DNA from: an uncultured delta proteobacterium
GTDB lineage: Bacteria > Myxococcota_A > Polyangia > Haliangiales > Haliangiaceae
DNA: 64,000 nt
Assembly (NCBI GenBank): GCA_963848295.1
Contig: CAWKDB010000011.1
Span: 480,001-544,000, forward strand
Direction: 5' to 3'
Below the pieces are notes generated by a model. It saw only the letters and a program-made list of their open reading frames with translations. It did no database searches and was not told the origin of the DNA. Positions 1 through 10,921 of the stretch are shown piece by piece; position 1 is the stretch's first letter, and each line of letters opens with the position of its first letter. The translations under genes and the position numbers were made by a program.

Positions 1-569
1 GAACCGATGACGTCGATCGAGTCGCCGATGACATCGCTGACCGCGAGCGTCACGATCGGTGCGGTGCATAGCCGCGCGAGCTTGCCGCCCTTGATCGCCG
101 ACCGCGCAATGCGAGCCGCGTTGACGACGTCGATCGGCGCGCCGGCGGCGACGAGCATCGCGACCTCGCTCGTCAGCCGGTCGAGCGTCACGCCCTCGGC
201 AGGCCGTTCGATCAGCGCCGACGCACCGCCCGACACGAGCGCGACCACCACGTCGTCGCGCCGCGCCGAACGCATCAGCTCGATCGCGGCGTCGCCGGCC
301 GCGAGGCTGCGGTCGTCGGGAACGGGATGCGCCGACACGAGCGTGCGCCATCCCGAGGGCAGATGAGCGGCGGGCGGAAACGGGGCGATCGCCAGGCCGC
401 GGTGGGTCACGCCGACGCCGCGCGCCATCGCATACGCGGCCTTGCCGATCGCGAGCGCGACCGTCGGACGCAAGCCGAGCCGCGCGATCGCCGCCGCGAC
501 GTGAGGCGCGGGATCGCAGGCGACGATCGCGGCGCGAAACGCCGCTTCGCATCGCGCTCGCTCGATCAC
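1..569 (-). CDS. Glycerate kinase type-2 / MOFRL (DUF4147) family protein, N-terminal part, truncated by window edge
   Basis: Hand translation from GTG 569 (GTGA overlap with upstream stop): AIGKAAYAMA, SAHPVPDDRSLAAG, LVSGGASAL, SAIKGGKLA, VSDVIGD motifs. Confidence 0.85.
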   Translation of the reverse strand, partial: MIERARCEAAFRAAIVACDPAPHVAAAIARLGLRPTVALAIGKAAYAMARGVGVTHRGLAIAPFPPAAHLPSGWRTLVSAHPVPDDRSLAAGDAAIELMRSARRDDVVVALVSGGASALIERPAEGVTLDRLTSEVAMLVAAGAPIDVVNAARIARSAIKGGKLARLCTAPIVTLAVSDVIGDSIDVIG

Positions 570-1705
570 GACCGCGCCGCGAGCACGGCGTTGATCCGAT
601 CGATGCCGACGTCGAGCCGCGCTTGATCGACCCCGGTGAAGCACAGCCGCGCATGCGCCGGCCACTCGCCGAACGCCCAGCCCGGCGCGAGCAGCACGCC
701 GGCCGCCGCGATCCGCTCGAGCACCGCCATGCAGTCGGCGCCCCAGCGCGAGAAATCGACCCACAGATACGCGCCGCCGGGCGGTAACGCCGCCGGTGCC
801 TGCAGGCGCGCACGCGCTCGATCGCGCGCGGTGCGATAGGTCTCGCGCGCCGCCGCGACCCAGGCATCGCCGCCGGTCAGTGCGCCGAACGCCGCGCGCT
901 GCATCGCGACCGGCACGTTGAACACGCTGTGGTTCGCGAGCTTGCGGATCGTCGCGATCGCCGCCTCGGGCCCGACGGCGTAACCGACGCGCAGCCCGGC
1001 CTGCGCGTAGCTCTTCGCGAACGAGTACACGCTGATCGTGCGCTCCGGCACGAGCGGCGCGATCGAGGCGTGCGCCAGCTCGTAGCCGTACAGCTCGTAG
1101 ACTTCGTCCGCGAAGATCCACAGGCCGGCGCGCTCGGCGACTCGTGCGATCGCGGCGAGCTCGGCGGGCGAGCGCATCACACCATCGGGGTTATTCGGAG
1201 TCGCGAAGTAGATCGCGGTCGTGCGCGACGTGATCGCCCGCTCGAGCGCATGTTCGAGCGCGTCACCCCAAGCGGCGACCTCGACCGGCACGACGCCGCG
1301 CCCGAGCGCGATCCCGCGGATCAGCGGCCAATGGGGGCCGAGCAGGACGAGCTCGTCGCCTGGATCGCACAGCGCCTGCACCGCGCACGACAACGCGTGG
1401 GTCGTGCCCGCGGTGACCTGGACGCCGGCCGGCGTCGTCGCGATGCCGTTGTCGCGGGCCAGCTTCGCGATGATCGCGTCGACCAGCGGCGCCCAGCCAC
1501 CCGGCGCCCCGTACGCGTAGAGCTCGGCGGGCGCGAGCTCGCGCCAGTCGATGTGGTCGAGCGCGATCGGCGGGGCGAGATAGGTGTCGCCGATCTGCAG
1601 AGGGATGATGTCGCCGGTGAATCGGGCGAGATGCTCGCGCAGTCGCGCGAAGATCGACGCCGGTACGGCATCGCCAGCCGCCGAGACCCGTGGAAATCGC
1701 GCCAC
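566..1705 (-). CDS. PLP-dependent aminotransferase class I/II
   Basis: TPNNPDG, DEVY, SFAKSYAQAGLRVG (PLP lysine) motifs. Confidence 0.93.
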   Translation of the reverse strand: MARFPRVSAAGDAVPASIFARLREHLARFTGDIIPLQIGDTYLAPPIALDHIDWRELAPAELYAYGAPGGWAPLVDAIIAKLARDNGIATTPAGVQVTAGTTHALSCAVQALCDPGDELVLLGPHWPLIRGIALGRGVVPVEVAAWGDALEHALERAITSRTTAIYFATPNNPDGVMRSPAELAAIARVAERAGLWIFADEVYELYGYELAHASIAPLVPERTISVYSFAKSYAQAGLRVGYAVGPEAAIATIRKLANHSVFNVPVAMQRAAFGALTGGDAWVAAARETYRTARDRARARLQAPAALPPGGAYLWVDFSRWGADCMAVLERIAAAGVLLAPGWAFGEWPAHARLCFTGVDQARLDVGIDRINAVLAARS

Positions 1706-1770
1706 GAGTCGAGAGTAGCGTTAAGCCGCCTCGCGCGGGGCTGTGACGCGAGCACGCCGTCGGCGATCCG

Positions 1771-4525
1771 ATGCGCGTTCGGTGTTGCCAGTTTCGCGAG
1801 GCGTCGCTACCGTCAGCGGCAGTGCTAGAGCTGCCCGCCGCAGAGCTTGTCCGGCCGCGCCGGCGCCCGCTCGGCTTCGAGCTCGTGCTGGTCGCGATCG
1901 TCTCGCTCGCGGTGCTCGTACCCGGGATCTGGAAGTACTCGCTCGTCGATCCGTGGGAGACCCACTATGGCGAGGTCGCGCGGCGGATGTTGCAGGACCA
2001 CGACTGGGTCCACACCGACTGGCAGAACGAAGGGTTCCGGTCCAAGCCGGTGCTCACGTTCTGGATGATGGCCGCGTCGATGAAGACGGTGGGGCTCGCC
2101 GACAACGGCGGCTACTCCGGCGAGATGGAGCACGACGCGCGGACGATGATCGCGATCCGGCTGCCGTTCATCCTCTCCGCGGTGCTCGGGCTGATGGCGA
2201 TGTGGTGGATGCTCGCGCGGCTGATCAGTCGGCGCCTCGCCTGGCTCGCGTTGCTCGTCGTCGGCTCGACCCCCTTCTTCTGCTTGATAGCGCGCCAAGG
2301 CATCCCGGACATGCCGCTGACCGCGTGCGTGATCGGCGCGATCTCGTTGTTCATCATGGCGATCGAAGACGGCGACGAGCCGCTGTCGCCGGTCTGGCGA
2401 TTGCGGCTTCCCGGCCATCGCCAGCTCGCGCTCGATGCGCGCCACGGGCTGTTCATCGTCGCCGGCGGGTTCGTCGTGGTGCAGGCGGTCTACTACGCGA
2501 TCTACTTCACGGTTTCGCCGAGACTCGCGTTGATGTATCCGCTGAACCCGGCGGTCGTCTTGCCGCTCGTGATGTTCGGCAGCTTGTTCGCCCTGTGGCG
2601 CGACGGCTGGCTGATCGTCCGGCTGCCGTTCATCGCGCTCGGTGGCGTGATCGCCGCGTTACGCAGGCGCGAGCTACCCGAGATCGATCCGAGCGCGACG
2701 CGTTGGCGGCGGATCATCGACGGCTACCTCGTGCCGTGGGAGCGCGACTCGATCGATCGCTATGTCGTGCGCGGCCTGACGTTCCCGATCGCGTGGGCGA
2801 ACGGTGAGGGTTGGACCAAGACCGATGCGATCGCCGACCACGTCCTGCAGATGAAGCCGATCACGACGATGCGCCAGGTCTACATGCTGTGGTGCTACGC
2901 GATCCTCGGCGTCAGCGTGCTCGCGAAGGGCCCGCCCGGGCTCACCGTCGTCGCCGGCGTCGGCTTGTTCTACGTCTTGCTGTTCAACAAGTGGCGCGCG
3001 TTTTACGACGGCGCGTTCGAGCTCAAGCGCGGGCTGATCCTGCTCGTGGTCGTCGCGTTCCCTTGGCACTTCGCGATGTACCTCAAGGACGGCGCGGCGT
3101 TCGTCGACGAGTACCTGTTCACGCACATCCTCAATCGCGCCGCCGCCGACCCCGACAAGTCCCTCGGCACGTTCGAGTATTACACCTCGCAGATCGGCCA
3201 CGGCATGTGGCTGTGGGCCGCGCTGCTGCCGGTCGCGCTCGCCCGCGGGCTCACCGCCGCCCGCACCGACACGCGCGAAGGTCGCGTGCGCTTTCTCGTC
3301 GCGCTGTGGGCGATCTGCGGCTTTGCCTTGTTCGGGCTCGTCCAGACCAAGTTCCATCACTACATCCTGCCCATGGTGCCGGCGCTCGGCATCCTCGTCG
3401 CGTTCTTCCTCGATGATCTGTGGACCGGTCGCGCGCGCCTGCACCCGCTGTACGCCGCGCTCGCGATCGGCGATCGTACTCTTGATCTGTCGCGATCTGA
3501 TGTGGGAGCCCGAGCGCTGGATCGAGATGTTCGTGTTCCGCTACGATCGGCCGTGGCCGGCCGGCGAGCCCTACGTGATCGATGTCAGCGACGGCATCCT
3601 CGCGTTGGGCCTGTGCGCGGTCGGTGCGTTGCTGATCGCCGCGCTGCCGTGGCGCCGGTTCGCGGTCGCGATGCTCGCGGCGTCCGGGCTCGCGATCTGC
3701 CTGTGGTGTCTCCAGGTCTACATGCCGATCGCCGGCAAGCATTGGGGCATGCGCGACGCGATCCACGCCTACTACGCCCAGCGCACGGTCTACGGCGAGA
3801 AGCTCGTGTACTTCGGGGCCGGCGAGCTCGCCGACGATTGGGCGGAGGTCGGCAAGTCGGGCGAAGGCCCGACGCGCAGCGCCGCCGAAGGCGGGGCGGA
3901 GGTAGCCGACCGGTGGTCGTTCGACACGTTCATCCCCGACAACTTGCAGATCGGTCAGCCGATGACGATCACGGTCGACGTCAACAAGGCGACCGAGCAA
4001 GACGAGCGGGTGATGGAGCAGGAGGTCGAGATGGTCGGCGCGGTCACCGCGATCGGCGATCACACGGTCACGGTCACGCTACCGAAGGCCGAGCGCGCCA
4101 AGCTCCGGCCGTTGATCAGGCGCGGCACCGTCATCGAGCACCCCGCGTTCCCGCTGCGCTGGATCTCGCGCGCGACGCTCCAGGTCTTGGTCCGGCGCGG
4201 CCGGCCACCGATCCACGAGGTCGAGGCCGATCGCTTGATCGCGTGGCAGCTGTACTGGCGCGGCGAGAACTTCTGGTCGGGCGACGAGATCTGGGGATGG
4301 CTGCCGGAGCAGCACACCGCGCTGGTCAAGACCGACAACGTCGAGTTCCTCAAGTACCTGAACGATCGCCACATCTCGCCGCTCGGTCGCCGCGTGTTCT
4401 TGATCAGCGAGGCCGGACGGGCACAAAGCGTGAAATCGATGTTGCCGACGCAGCGCGCGCGCGACAGCTTTGAGGTGATCGACACGACGAGCAACAAGTT
4501 CGCGATCGTCGCGTTCTACCTGTAG
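1771..4525 (+). CDS. ArnT/PMT-like GT-C membrane glycosyltransferase (apparent indel ~3470; start may be GTG 1822)
   Basis: LVDPWETHYGEVARRM, SKPVLTFW, LAKGPPG, TKFHHYILP motifs; many TM helices; continues in ORF 3323..4525. Confidence 0.85.
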
Positions 4526-4720
4526 CCCGTTCGGGTAGGCCTGTGTGCGCACGATTCGGTGAAACCGGGCTCGGCCGACCGTATCGAAGTTGGGGCCTGC
4601 CCCGGACGGCAGCGTCGCCGAATGGCGATGCGGTTCGACAGGGCGTTAGATCGATGGTTCAGCTGGCACGTGGAATGTTGATGCTATCCTCAGCCGTTAG
4701 CAGCCGGAACTAGCGGGAAA

Positions 4721-6958
4721 ATGGCGCAACCTCTCGACACGTCCGCCGATACCTCTGCCATCCACAGGCTGCTCGGGCGGGCCCGGTTGCGGATCCGCAG
4801 CCAATGGGCGCTCGAGGGCGCCACCACCGCGGCGATCCTCGCGGCCGCCGTCGCGCTCGTCGCGATCTTTCTGGTCCGCGTCGAGGTGATCTCGACTCCC
4901 GCGGCGATCGGCGTCTTGCTCGTCGCGCTCGGCATCGTCGTCGGCGGCGCCGTGCTCGCCGCGAGCCGCAAGCTCGACGACGAGCTCGTCGCGCGCCGCA
5001 TCGACCGTGCGTCGAACCTCGCGGATCGGCTGTCGACCGCGATCGCCTTCTCGCGCCTACCGAGCGAGCCCGGGGCCGACTCCGACGAGACCAGCCGCGA
5101 CTTGATGAATGCGGCGATCCGCGATGGCGTTCGCGCCGCCGACAAGGCCGATGTCGCCGCCGCCACACCGTTCGTCGCGCCGACCGACCTGCGCGCGGCG
5201 CTCGGCTTCATCGCGGTCTCGGCGCTCGCCGCCGGTCTGATGCTGCCGCGGCCGGACCGCTCGCCGCACATGTATCGCGCGACCCCGGATCACGCGCCGC
5301 CGGGCGCGGACGTCGTGCTCGAGGGCGTCCATCTCGGCGCTCGGGTCAAGCCGAAGCTCGCGCTCGGTGCTCGCACGATCGAGGTCACGAGCTGGGACGA
5401 CGACACGGTGCACGCGATCATCCCGGCGAACGCGCCGTTGGGCGACACCACGCTGGTCGCGACGATCGGCGAGCGAGCGGTCGAGCCCGTCAAGTTCACG
5501 GTCGTCGATCCGAGAGACTCGACGTTTCACAAGAAGGACGCGGTCGAGATCGAGCCCGACGAGCGCGCTTACATCGAGTCGATCGTCGCCGAGCTTCACA
5601 ACGTCGCGCAGCGCGACAAGGTGCCGGAGCTCGAAGACTTCGCAAAGAAGGTCGAGCAGCTGCTCAAACAGGCCGAGAACGGCGAGATCACGAAGGAGAA
5701 GATGCTGCAGGCGCTCGCACAAGCCGAGGACGCGCTCAACAAGCAAGCGGAGCCGAATCAACCCGAGGTCGACAAGAAGCTCGGCGAGATGGGCCAAGAG
5801 CTGAAGCAAGACGCGCTGACCAAGCCCCTCGGCGAGGCCCTGCAGAAGAAGGACCTCGAGAAGGCCAAGCAGGAGCTCGAGAAGCTCGCCGAGAAGCTCG
5901 ATCAGAAAGAGCTAACCGACCAGCAGAAACAGGAGCTCGGCAAGAAGCTCGACGACGTCGCCAAGCAGATGGAGAAGCAGGACAAGCAGCAGGACGACAA
6001 GCACGACCAACAAGCCGACAAGCTGCGCGACGAGATCCGCCGCCTCGAAGAGCAGAAAGACAAAGCCAAGAACGAGCGCGAGCGCCAGGACACCGAGCGT
6101 CGGCTCGACGACAAGCGCGAGGAGCTGAAGAAGCTCGAAAAAGACCAGCAGGACAAGGACCAGTCCGACGAGCGGCGCGCGCTCAAGCGCCTGTCGCAAG
6201 ACATGGAGAAGGCCGCCGAGAATCTGCAGAAGCCGGACAAGGGCCAGAAAAAAGACCCGAACGACCAGGACGGCCAGGACCAACGCGACCGGCAGGCGTC
6301 GCAGAAGCTCAAGGACGCCGCGCGCGAGACCGGCCGCGTCGATCAGGATCAGCGCCGGCAGGCGACCCAGCGAAAGATGTCGTCGCAGATGGACGATCTG
6401 CGCGAGGCGCTACGGCGTGCGAAGCAAAAGGGTAACAAGGGGCCGCAGGATCCGTTCAACCGCCAAGGCAAGAACCAGGACTTCGCGTCGCGCGCGCGCG
6501 GCGGCAAGGGCAACGGTGGCGCGTGGAAGCCTGGCCAGGGCAACCGTGGCCAAGGTCCCGGGCAAGGTCTCGGCCAAGACGGCCAGGGCGGGCAAGGCTC
6601 GGACCATCAAGGCGGTGGCTCGGGCGGCGATTCGTGGGGCACCGAGCACGACCCGAACCTGACCGGCGATCCGACGCAGGAGTCCGGCAACCAGAAGGAC
6701 GAAGCCGTCTCCGGCAAGCAAGGCGATCAAGGCGGCTCGATCCGCGAGACGATCCTCGCCGCCGCGCACAAGGGCTTTGCCTCGGTCGGTTACAAGAAGG
6801 TCTACGCCGACTACGACCAGATCGTCGAAGAGGTGATGCGAAACGAGAAGCTACCCGCGAGCTACAAGTACTACGTCAAGCGTTACTTCGCGAAGATCCA
6901 CCCGAGCATGGCGTCAGCGCCAGCTCCTGACACGCAGCCGGAGACCCCGAAGCCATGA
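4721..6958 (+). CDS. Membrane-anchored coiled-coil protein (DUF4175-like) with IPT/TIG-like domain, first gene of MoxR operon
   Basis: N-terminal TMs with LADRLSTA motif, P..APPGADVVLEG..SWDD (TIG-like), long Q/E/K coiled coil, Gly-rich linker, C-terminal LPASYKYYVKRYF. Confidence 0.75.
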   Translation: MAQPLDTSADTSAIHRLLGRARLRIRSQWALEGATTAAILAAAVALVAIFLVRVEVISTPAAIGVLLVALGIVVGGAVLAASRKLDDELVARRIDRASNLADRLSTAIAFSRLPSEPGADSDETSRDLMNAAIRDGVRAADKADVAAATPFVAPTDLRAALGFIAVSALAAGLMLPRPDRSPHMYRATPDHAPPGADVVLEGVHLGARVKPKLALGARTIEVTSWDDDTVHAIIPANAPLGDTTLVATIGERAVEPVKFTVVDPRDSTFHKKDAVEIEPDERAYIESIVAELHNVAQRDKVPELEDFAKKVEQLLKQAENGEITKEKMLQALAQAEDALNKQAEPNQPEVDKKLGEMGQELKQDALTKPLGEALQKKDLEKAKQELEKLAEKLDQKELTDQQKQELGKKLDDVAKQMEKQDKQQDDKHDQQADKLRDEIRRLEEQKDKAKNERERQDTERRLDDKREELKKLEKDQQDKDQSDERRALKRLSQDMEKAAENLQKPDKGQKKDPNDQDGQDQRDRQASQKLKDAARETGRVDQDQRRQATQRKMSSQMDDLREALRRAKQKGNKGPQDPFNRQGKNQDFASRARGGKGNGGAWKPGQGNRGQGPGQGLGQDGQGGQGSDHQGGGSGGDSWGTEHDPNLTGDPTQESGNQKDEAVSGKQGDQGGSIRETILAAAHKGFASVGYKKVYADYDQIVEEVMRNEKLPASYKYYVKRYFAKIHPSMASAPAPDTQPETPKP

Positions 6959-7953
6959 GCACCGCCGCCGCCGCGAACGTCGAATCGACCGTCTCTGCTT
7001 TCACCGCCGATCTCGGCAAGCTGCGCGAAGAGATCGGCACGATGATCGTCGGTCAGGAGAAGATCGTCGAAGGTGTCCTGATGTGCCTGCTCGGCGGTGG
7101 TCACGCGCTGCTCGAGGGCGTACCCGGCCTCGGCAAGACGATGCTCGTGCGCACGCTCGCCGAAACGATCCACGCGACGTTCTCGCGCATCCAGTTCACA
7201 CCCGATCTGATGCCGGCCGACATCGTCGGCACGAACGTCATCGTCGAAGATGCGCAGGGCAAGCGGTTCGAGTTCCAGAAGGGCCCGATCTTCGCGCACA
7301 TCGTGCTCGCCGACGAGATCAACCGCGCGACGCCGAAGACCCAGTCGGCGCTGCTCGAAGCGATGAGCGAAGCGTCGGTCACGGTCGCGAAGCAGACCTA
7401 CAAGCTCGAGAAGCCATTCTTCGTGCTCGCGACCCAGAACCCACTCGAGATGGAAGGCACCTACCCGCTTCCCGAGGCGCAGCTCGATCGGTTCTTCATG
7501 AAGCTCGTCGTCGATTACCCCGACAAGGCCTCGCTCCACACGATCATCGACCGCACCACGACCGACGACGTGCCGCAGCCCAAAGCGGTGATCGAGAGGT
7601 CCCGGATCATGGAGATGCGCGAGCTCGTCCGCAAGGTGCCACTCGCGCGGCAGATCCAGGACTACGCGGTGCGCGTCGTGCTCGCGACCCACCCGGAGAA
7701 CCCCGAAGCGACGCCGTCGAGCAAGCACTACCTGCGCTACGGTGCGTCGCCGCGCGGGCTGCAGGCGATCATCCTCGCCGCGAAGATTCGCGCGCTGCTC
7801 GAAGGCCGTTACGCCGTCGCGATCGACGATATCCGCCACGTCGCCCCGGCCGCGCTTCGCCACCGGCTGATCCTCAACTTCGAAGGCGAAGCCGAGGGCG
7901 TCAAGGCCGACACGATCATCGCCGAGATCCTGAAGGCGACGAAGGAGACGTAG
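6955..7953 (+). CDS. moxR: MoxR family AAA+ ATPase
   Basis: LLEGVPGLGKT Walker A, RIQFTPDLMPAD, ADEINRATPKTQSALLEAM, ATQNPLEMEGTYPLPEAQLDRF. Confidence 0.95.
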   Translation: MSTAAAANVESTVSAFTADLGKLREEIGTMIVGQEKIVEGVLMCLLGGGHALLEGVPGLGKTMLVRTLAETIHATFSRIQFTPDLMPADIVGTNVIVEDAQGKRFEFQKGPIFAHIVLADEINRATPKTQSALLEAMSEASVTVAKQTYKLEKPFFVLATQNPLEMEGTYPLPEAQLDRFFMKLVVDYPDKASLHTIIDRTTTDDVPQPKAVIERSRIMEMRELVRKVPLARQIQDYAVRVVLATHPENPEATPSSKHYLRYGASPRGLQAIILAAKIRALLEGRYAVAIDDIRHVAPAALRHRLILNFEGEAEGVKADTIIAEILKATKET

Positions 7954-8909
7954 TGGTCGCGACCGCGAAGGCTGCGACCCGCGCGCCGAAGGCCCCTAAA
8001 CAAGGGATGCCGAACCGCGCCGCGGATCGCTCGGCTCTGTTCGACGAGCGGTTCCTGAAGACGCTCGAGCACCTCCACATGGTCGCTCGCAAGGTGTTCG
8101 CGGGAAACCTGCGCGCCGAGCGCCGCACCCGCAAGGTCGGCTCGGGCATCGAGTTCGCCGATCACCGCACCTACGCGCGCGGCGACGACTTTCGCTACAT
8201 CGATTGGAACCTGTACGGCCGGCTCGACAAGCTGCTGCTCCGGCTGTTCGAGGAAGAAGAAGACCTCCACATCTACATCCTCATCGACGTCTCGGATTCG
8301 ATGGCGATCGGCCAGCCGCTGCCGAAGCTGCACTATGCGATGCAAGTCGGCGCGGCGCTCACGTACGTCGGGTTGGCGAACCTCGATCGCGTGGCGATCA
8401 TCCCGTTCTCGGACCGCCTGATCGGCCGGCTCCCACCGTCGCGCGGCAAGAACCGGATCTTTCGCGTGTTCGACTTCTTGCGCAACGTAGAGCTCGGGGG
8501 CAAGACCGAGCTCGCCGAGTGCATGAAGCAGTTCGTCGCGCAGAACAAGCGGCGCGGCCTCGCGGTCGTGATCTCCGACTTCTACGACCCCGAGGGCTTC
8601 GAGCAGGGCCTCAACACGCTGCGCTATCACAAATTCGAGCCGTTCGTGCTCCAGGTCTACGACCAGCGCGAGGCCGCGCCGAAGCTCGCCGGCGACCTCG
8701 CGCTCGTCGATTGCGAGACCGGCGACACCCGAGAGGTGACGGTGTCGAAGTCGCTGCTCGAAGCCTACGAGGCCGAGCACGAGAAGTACTGCAAAGAGCT
8801 CGAGGCGTACTGCACGAAGTACGCGATGCCGTTCTTCCGCACGCACACCTCGATCCCGTTCGACGAGCTCGTGCTCAAGATCTTCCGCAGTGGCGGCTTC
8901 TTGCGATGA
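7953..8909 (+). CDS. DUF58 domain protein (MoxR partner)
   Basis: GSGIEFADHRTYARGDDFRYIDWN, IDVSDSM, VVISDF motifs; GTG 7953 overlaps moxR stop. Confidence 0.92.
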   Translation: MVATAKAATRAPKAPKQGMPNRAADRSALFDERFLKTLEHLHMVARKVFAGNLRAERRTRKVGSGIEFADHRTYARGDDFRYIDWNLYGRLDKLLLRLFEEEEDLHIYILIDVSDSMAIGQPLPKLHYAMQVGAALTYVGLANLDRVAIIPFSDRLIGRLPPSRGKNRIFRVFDFLRNVELGGKTELAECMKQFVAQNKRRGLAVVISDFYDPEGFEQGLNTLRYHKFEPFVLQVYDQREAAPKLAGDLALVDCETGDTREVTVSKSLLEAYEAEHEKYCKELEAYCTKYAMPFFRTHTSIPFDELVLKIFRSGGFLR

Positions 8910-10921
8910 GCTTTCTGGGGCCGCTCCCGGCGACGTTGTTCGCGTACATCGCGGCGGGCGCTGCGGTGCTCGCGATCGGCGCGTACATCATCAAGATGCG
9001 GCGGCGCCGGTTCGAGGTGCCGTTCTCTCAGCTGTGGAAGCGCGTGCTCGAGCAGAAAGACGCGAACGCGCTGTGGAAGCAGCTGCGCCGGCTGATGTCC
9101 CTGCTGTTCATCCTGTTGATCCTCGGGCTCGTGTTGTTCGCGGCGCTCGATCCGACGCTCGGCTCGGTCTCGCACAAGGCGCGCAGTGTCGTGATCCTGG
9201 TCGACGCGTCGGCCTCGATGAAGGCGATGGACGGCGACAAGGCGGGCAAGCAAGCGCGGCTCGAGGTCGCGAAGGACCGCGCGAAGGCGCTGGTCGACTC
9301 GATGGGCGGCGGCGACCTCGCGATGGTGATGAAGGTCGATGGCCAGGCGACGCCAATGTCGCGGTTCTCGTCCGACGGGCCGATGCTCGACAAGGTCGTC
9401 GGCGGGATCGTCGCGAGCGACACACCGGCGGACCTACCGCGCGCGCTCGAGGCGGCCGCAGATGCGCTGCGCGACCGGCCGAATCCGTTGATCGTGTTGA
9501 TCTCGGACGGCGCGTTTCCGGAAGCGCAGCTCGGGATGGTGAAGTGGGGAGCGGCGCCGCCGGACAAGACGGCCTCGGACTCGAAAGACTTGGCGACGAT
9601 CGACCTGACCGGGATCGATGTCCGTTACATCCCGGTCGGGACGCGCAGTGACAACGTCGGCATCACCGCGTTCAACGTGCGCCGCTACATCGCGAACAAG
9701 GCGTCGTACGAGGTGTTCATCGAGATCCAGAACTTCGGGACCGAGCCCGCGCACCGCACGCTGACCTTGTCGAACGGCGAGACGGCGATCTCGGCGGGCA
9801 CGAAGATCGATCTCGCGCCGGGCGAACGAATCCGGAAGATCTACGAAAAGCTACCGGCGGGCGACGGCGAGCTGCGCGCCGCGCTTCGGCCGGTCGAGGG
9901 CGCGGGCGGCTCCGACCCGTTCGCGCTCGACGACACCGCGTTCGCGCTGCTGCCGGCTCGCAAGAAGCAAAAAGTCCTGCTCGTGACCGAGGACAACTTG
10001 TTCCTCGAGGGCGCCGTCCTCGTATTCGACGACGTCGAGGAGTACAAGTACAAGCCTGCGGAGTACGCCGCGAAGCCGTCGATCGCCGACGGCATGGACG
10101 TCGTGATCTTCGACGACTACACGCCCGACGTGCTGCCGCCACCACCGGCCAATCTGTTGTTCTTCCATCCGACCGGTCCGCACTCGCCGATCGCGGTGCG
10201 CGGCGAGACCCTGCAACCGCACATCACCGAGATCGACGAAGGTCACCCGACGATGCGCTGGCTGACGCTGTCCGACATTTACATGGACAAGAGCGGCGTG
10301 TTCGCGCCCGACGCCAAGCTCGGCGAGTCGACGATCGCGACCTCGGTCACCGACCCGATCATCGCGGCGAAGCGCGACGGCAAGCGCAAGATCCTCGCGG
10401 TCGGGTTCTCGCTGCCCGCCGATGGCCGCGACAGCGCGACCGACCTCCCGCTGCGCGTCGCGTTCCCGATGTTCATCGTCAACACGCTCGATTGGTTCGC
10501 GGGTGACCAGGCCGACTTGTTGACGACGTATGCGACCGGCAAGCGCGAGCGGATCCCGCTCGACGGCGTCGTCGGCGCGACCGATGCCGAGGTCAAAGGC
10601 CCCGACGGCTCGATCACGCGTACGCCGGTGATCGACGGGCTCGCGACGTTCTACGGCTCGCGCGTCGGCTACTACGACGTCGTCGCGAAGGGGCCGGATG
10701 GCCACGCGATGGCGCAGATCCAGCTCGCCGCGAACCTCGCGTCGGCGACCGAGTCCGATATCGCGCCATCCACGGTGCTGTCGCTCGGCGGCAAGAAGCT
10801 CGAGCCGCCCGAGGCGTTCGCGATCACGCACAGCCAGAAGCTGTGGATCTATCTCGTGCTGCTCGCCGGCGGGTTGATCGTGCTCGAGTGGATCACCTAT
10901 CACCGGAGGCTCACGGTGTGA
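8906..10921 (+). CDS. BatA-like N-terminal / vWA domain membrane protein
   Basis: ATGA overlap; N-terminal TMs with EVPFSQLW; MIDAS motif VDASASM and ISDG; C-terminal TM ending LEWITYHRR. Confidence 0.88.
   Translation: MSFLGPLPATLFAYIAAGAAVLAIGAYIIKMRRRRFEVPFSQLWKRVLEQKDANALWKQLRRLMSLLFILLILGLVLFAALDPTLGSVSHKARSVVILVDASASMKAMDGDKAGKQARLEVAKDRAKALVDSMGGGDLAMVMKVDGQATPMSRFSSDGPMLDKVVGGIVASDTPADLPRALEAAADALRDRPNPLIVLISDGAFPEAQLGMVKWGAAPPDKTASDSKDLATIDLTGIDVRYIPVGTRSDNVGITAFNVRRYIANKASYEVFIEIQNFGTEPAHRTLTLSNGETAISAGTKIDLAPGERIRKIYEKLPAGDGELRAALRPVEGAGGSDPFALDDTAFALLPARKKQKVLLVTEDNLFLEGAVLVFDDVEEYKYKPAEYAAKPSIADGMDVVIFDDYTPDVLPPPPANLLFFHPTGPHSPIAVRGETLQPHITEIDEGHPTMRWLTLSDIYMDKSGVFAPDAKLGESTIATSVTDPIIAAKRDGKRKILAVGFSLPADGRDSATDLPLRVAFPMFIVNTLDWFAGDQADLLTTYATGKRERIPLDGVVGATDAEVKGPDGSITRTPVIDGLATFYGSRVGYYDVVAKGPDGHAMAQIQLAANLASATESDIAPSTVLSLGGKKLEPPEAFAITHSQKLWIYLVLLAGGLIVLEWITYHRRLTV

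Noticed and set aside
4664..4690. sigma54 promoter (TGGCACG) upstream of the MoxR operon
   Set aside because: The -12 element reads ATGT rather than TTGC; an extended -10 (TGCTATCCT) is equally plausible, so it was not called.
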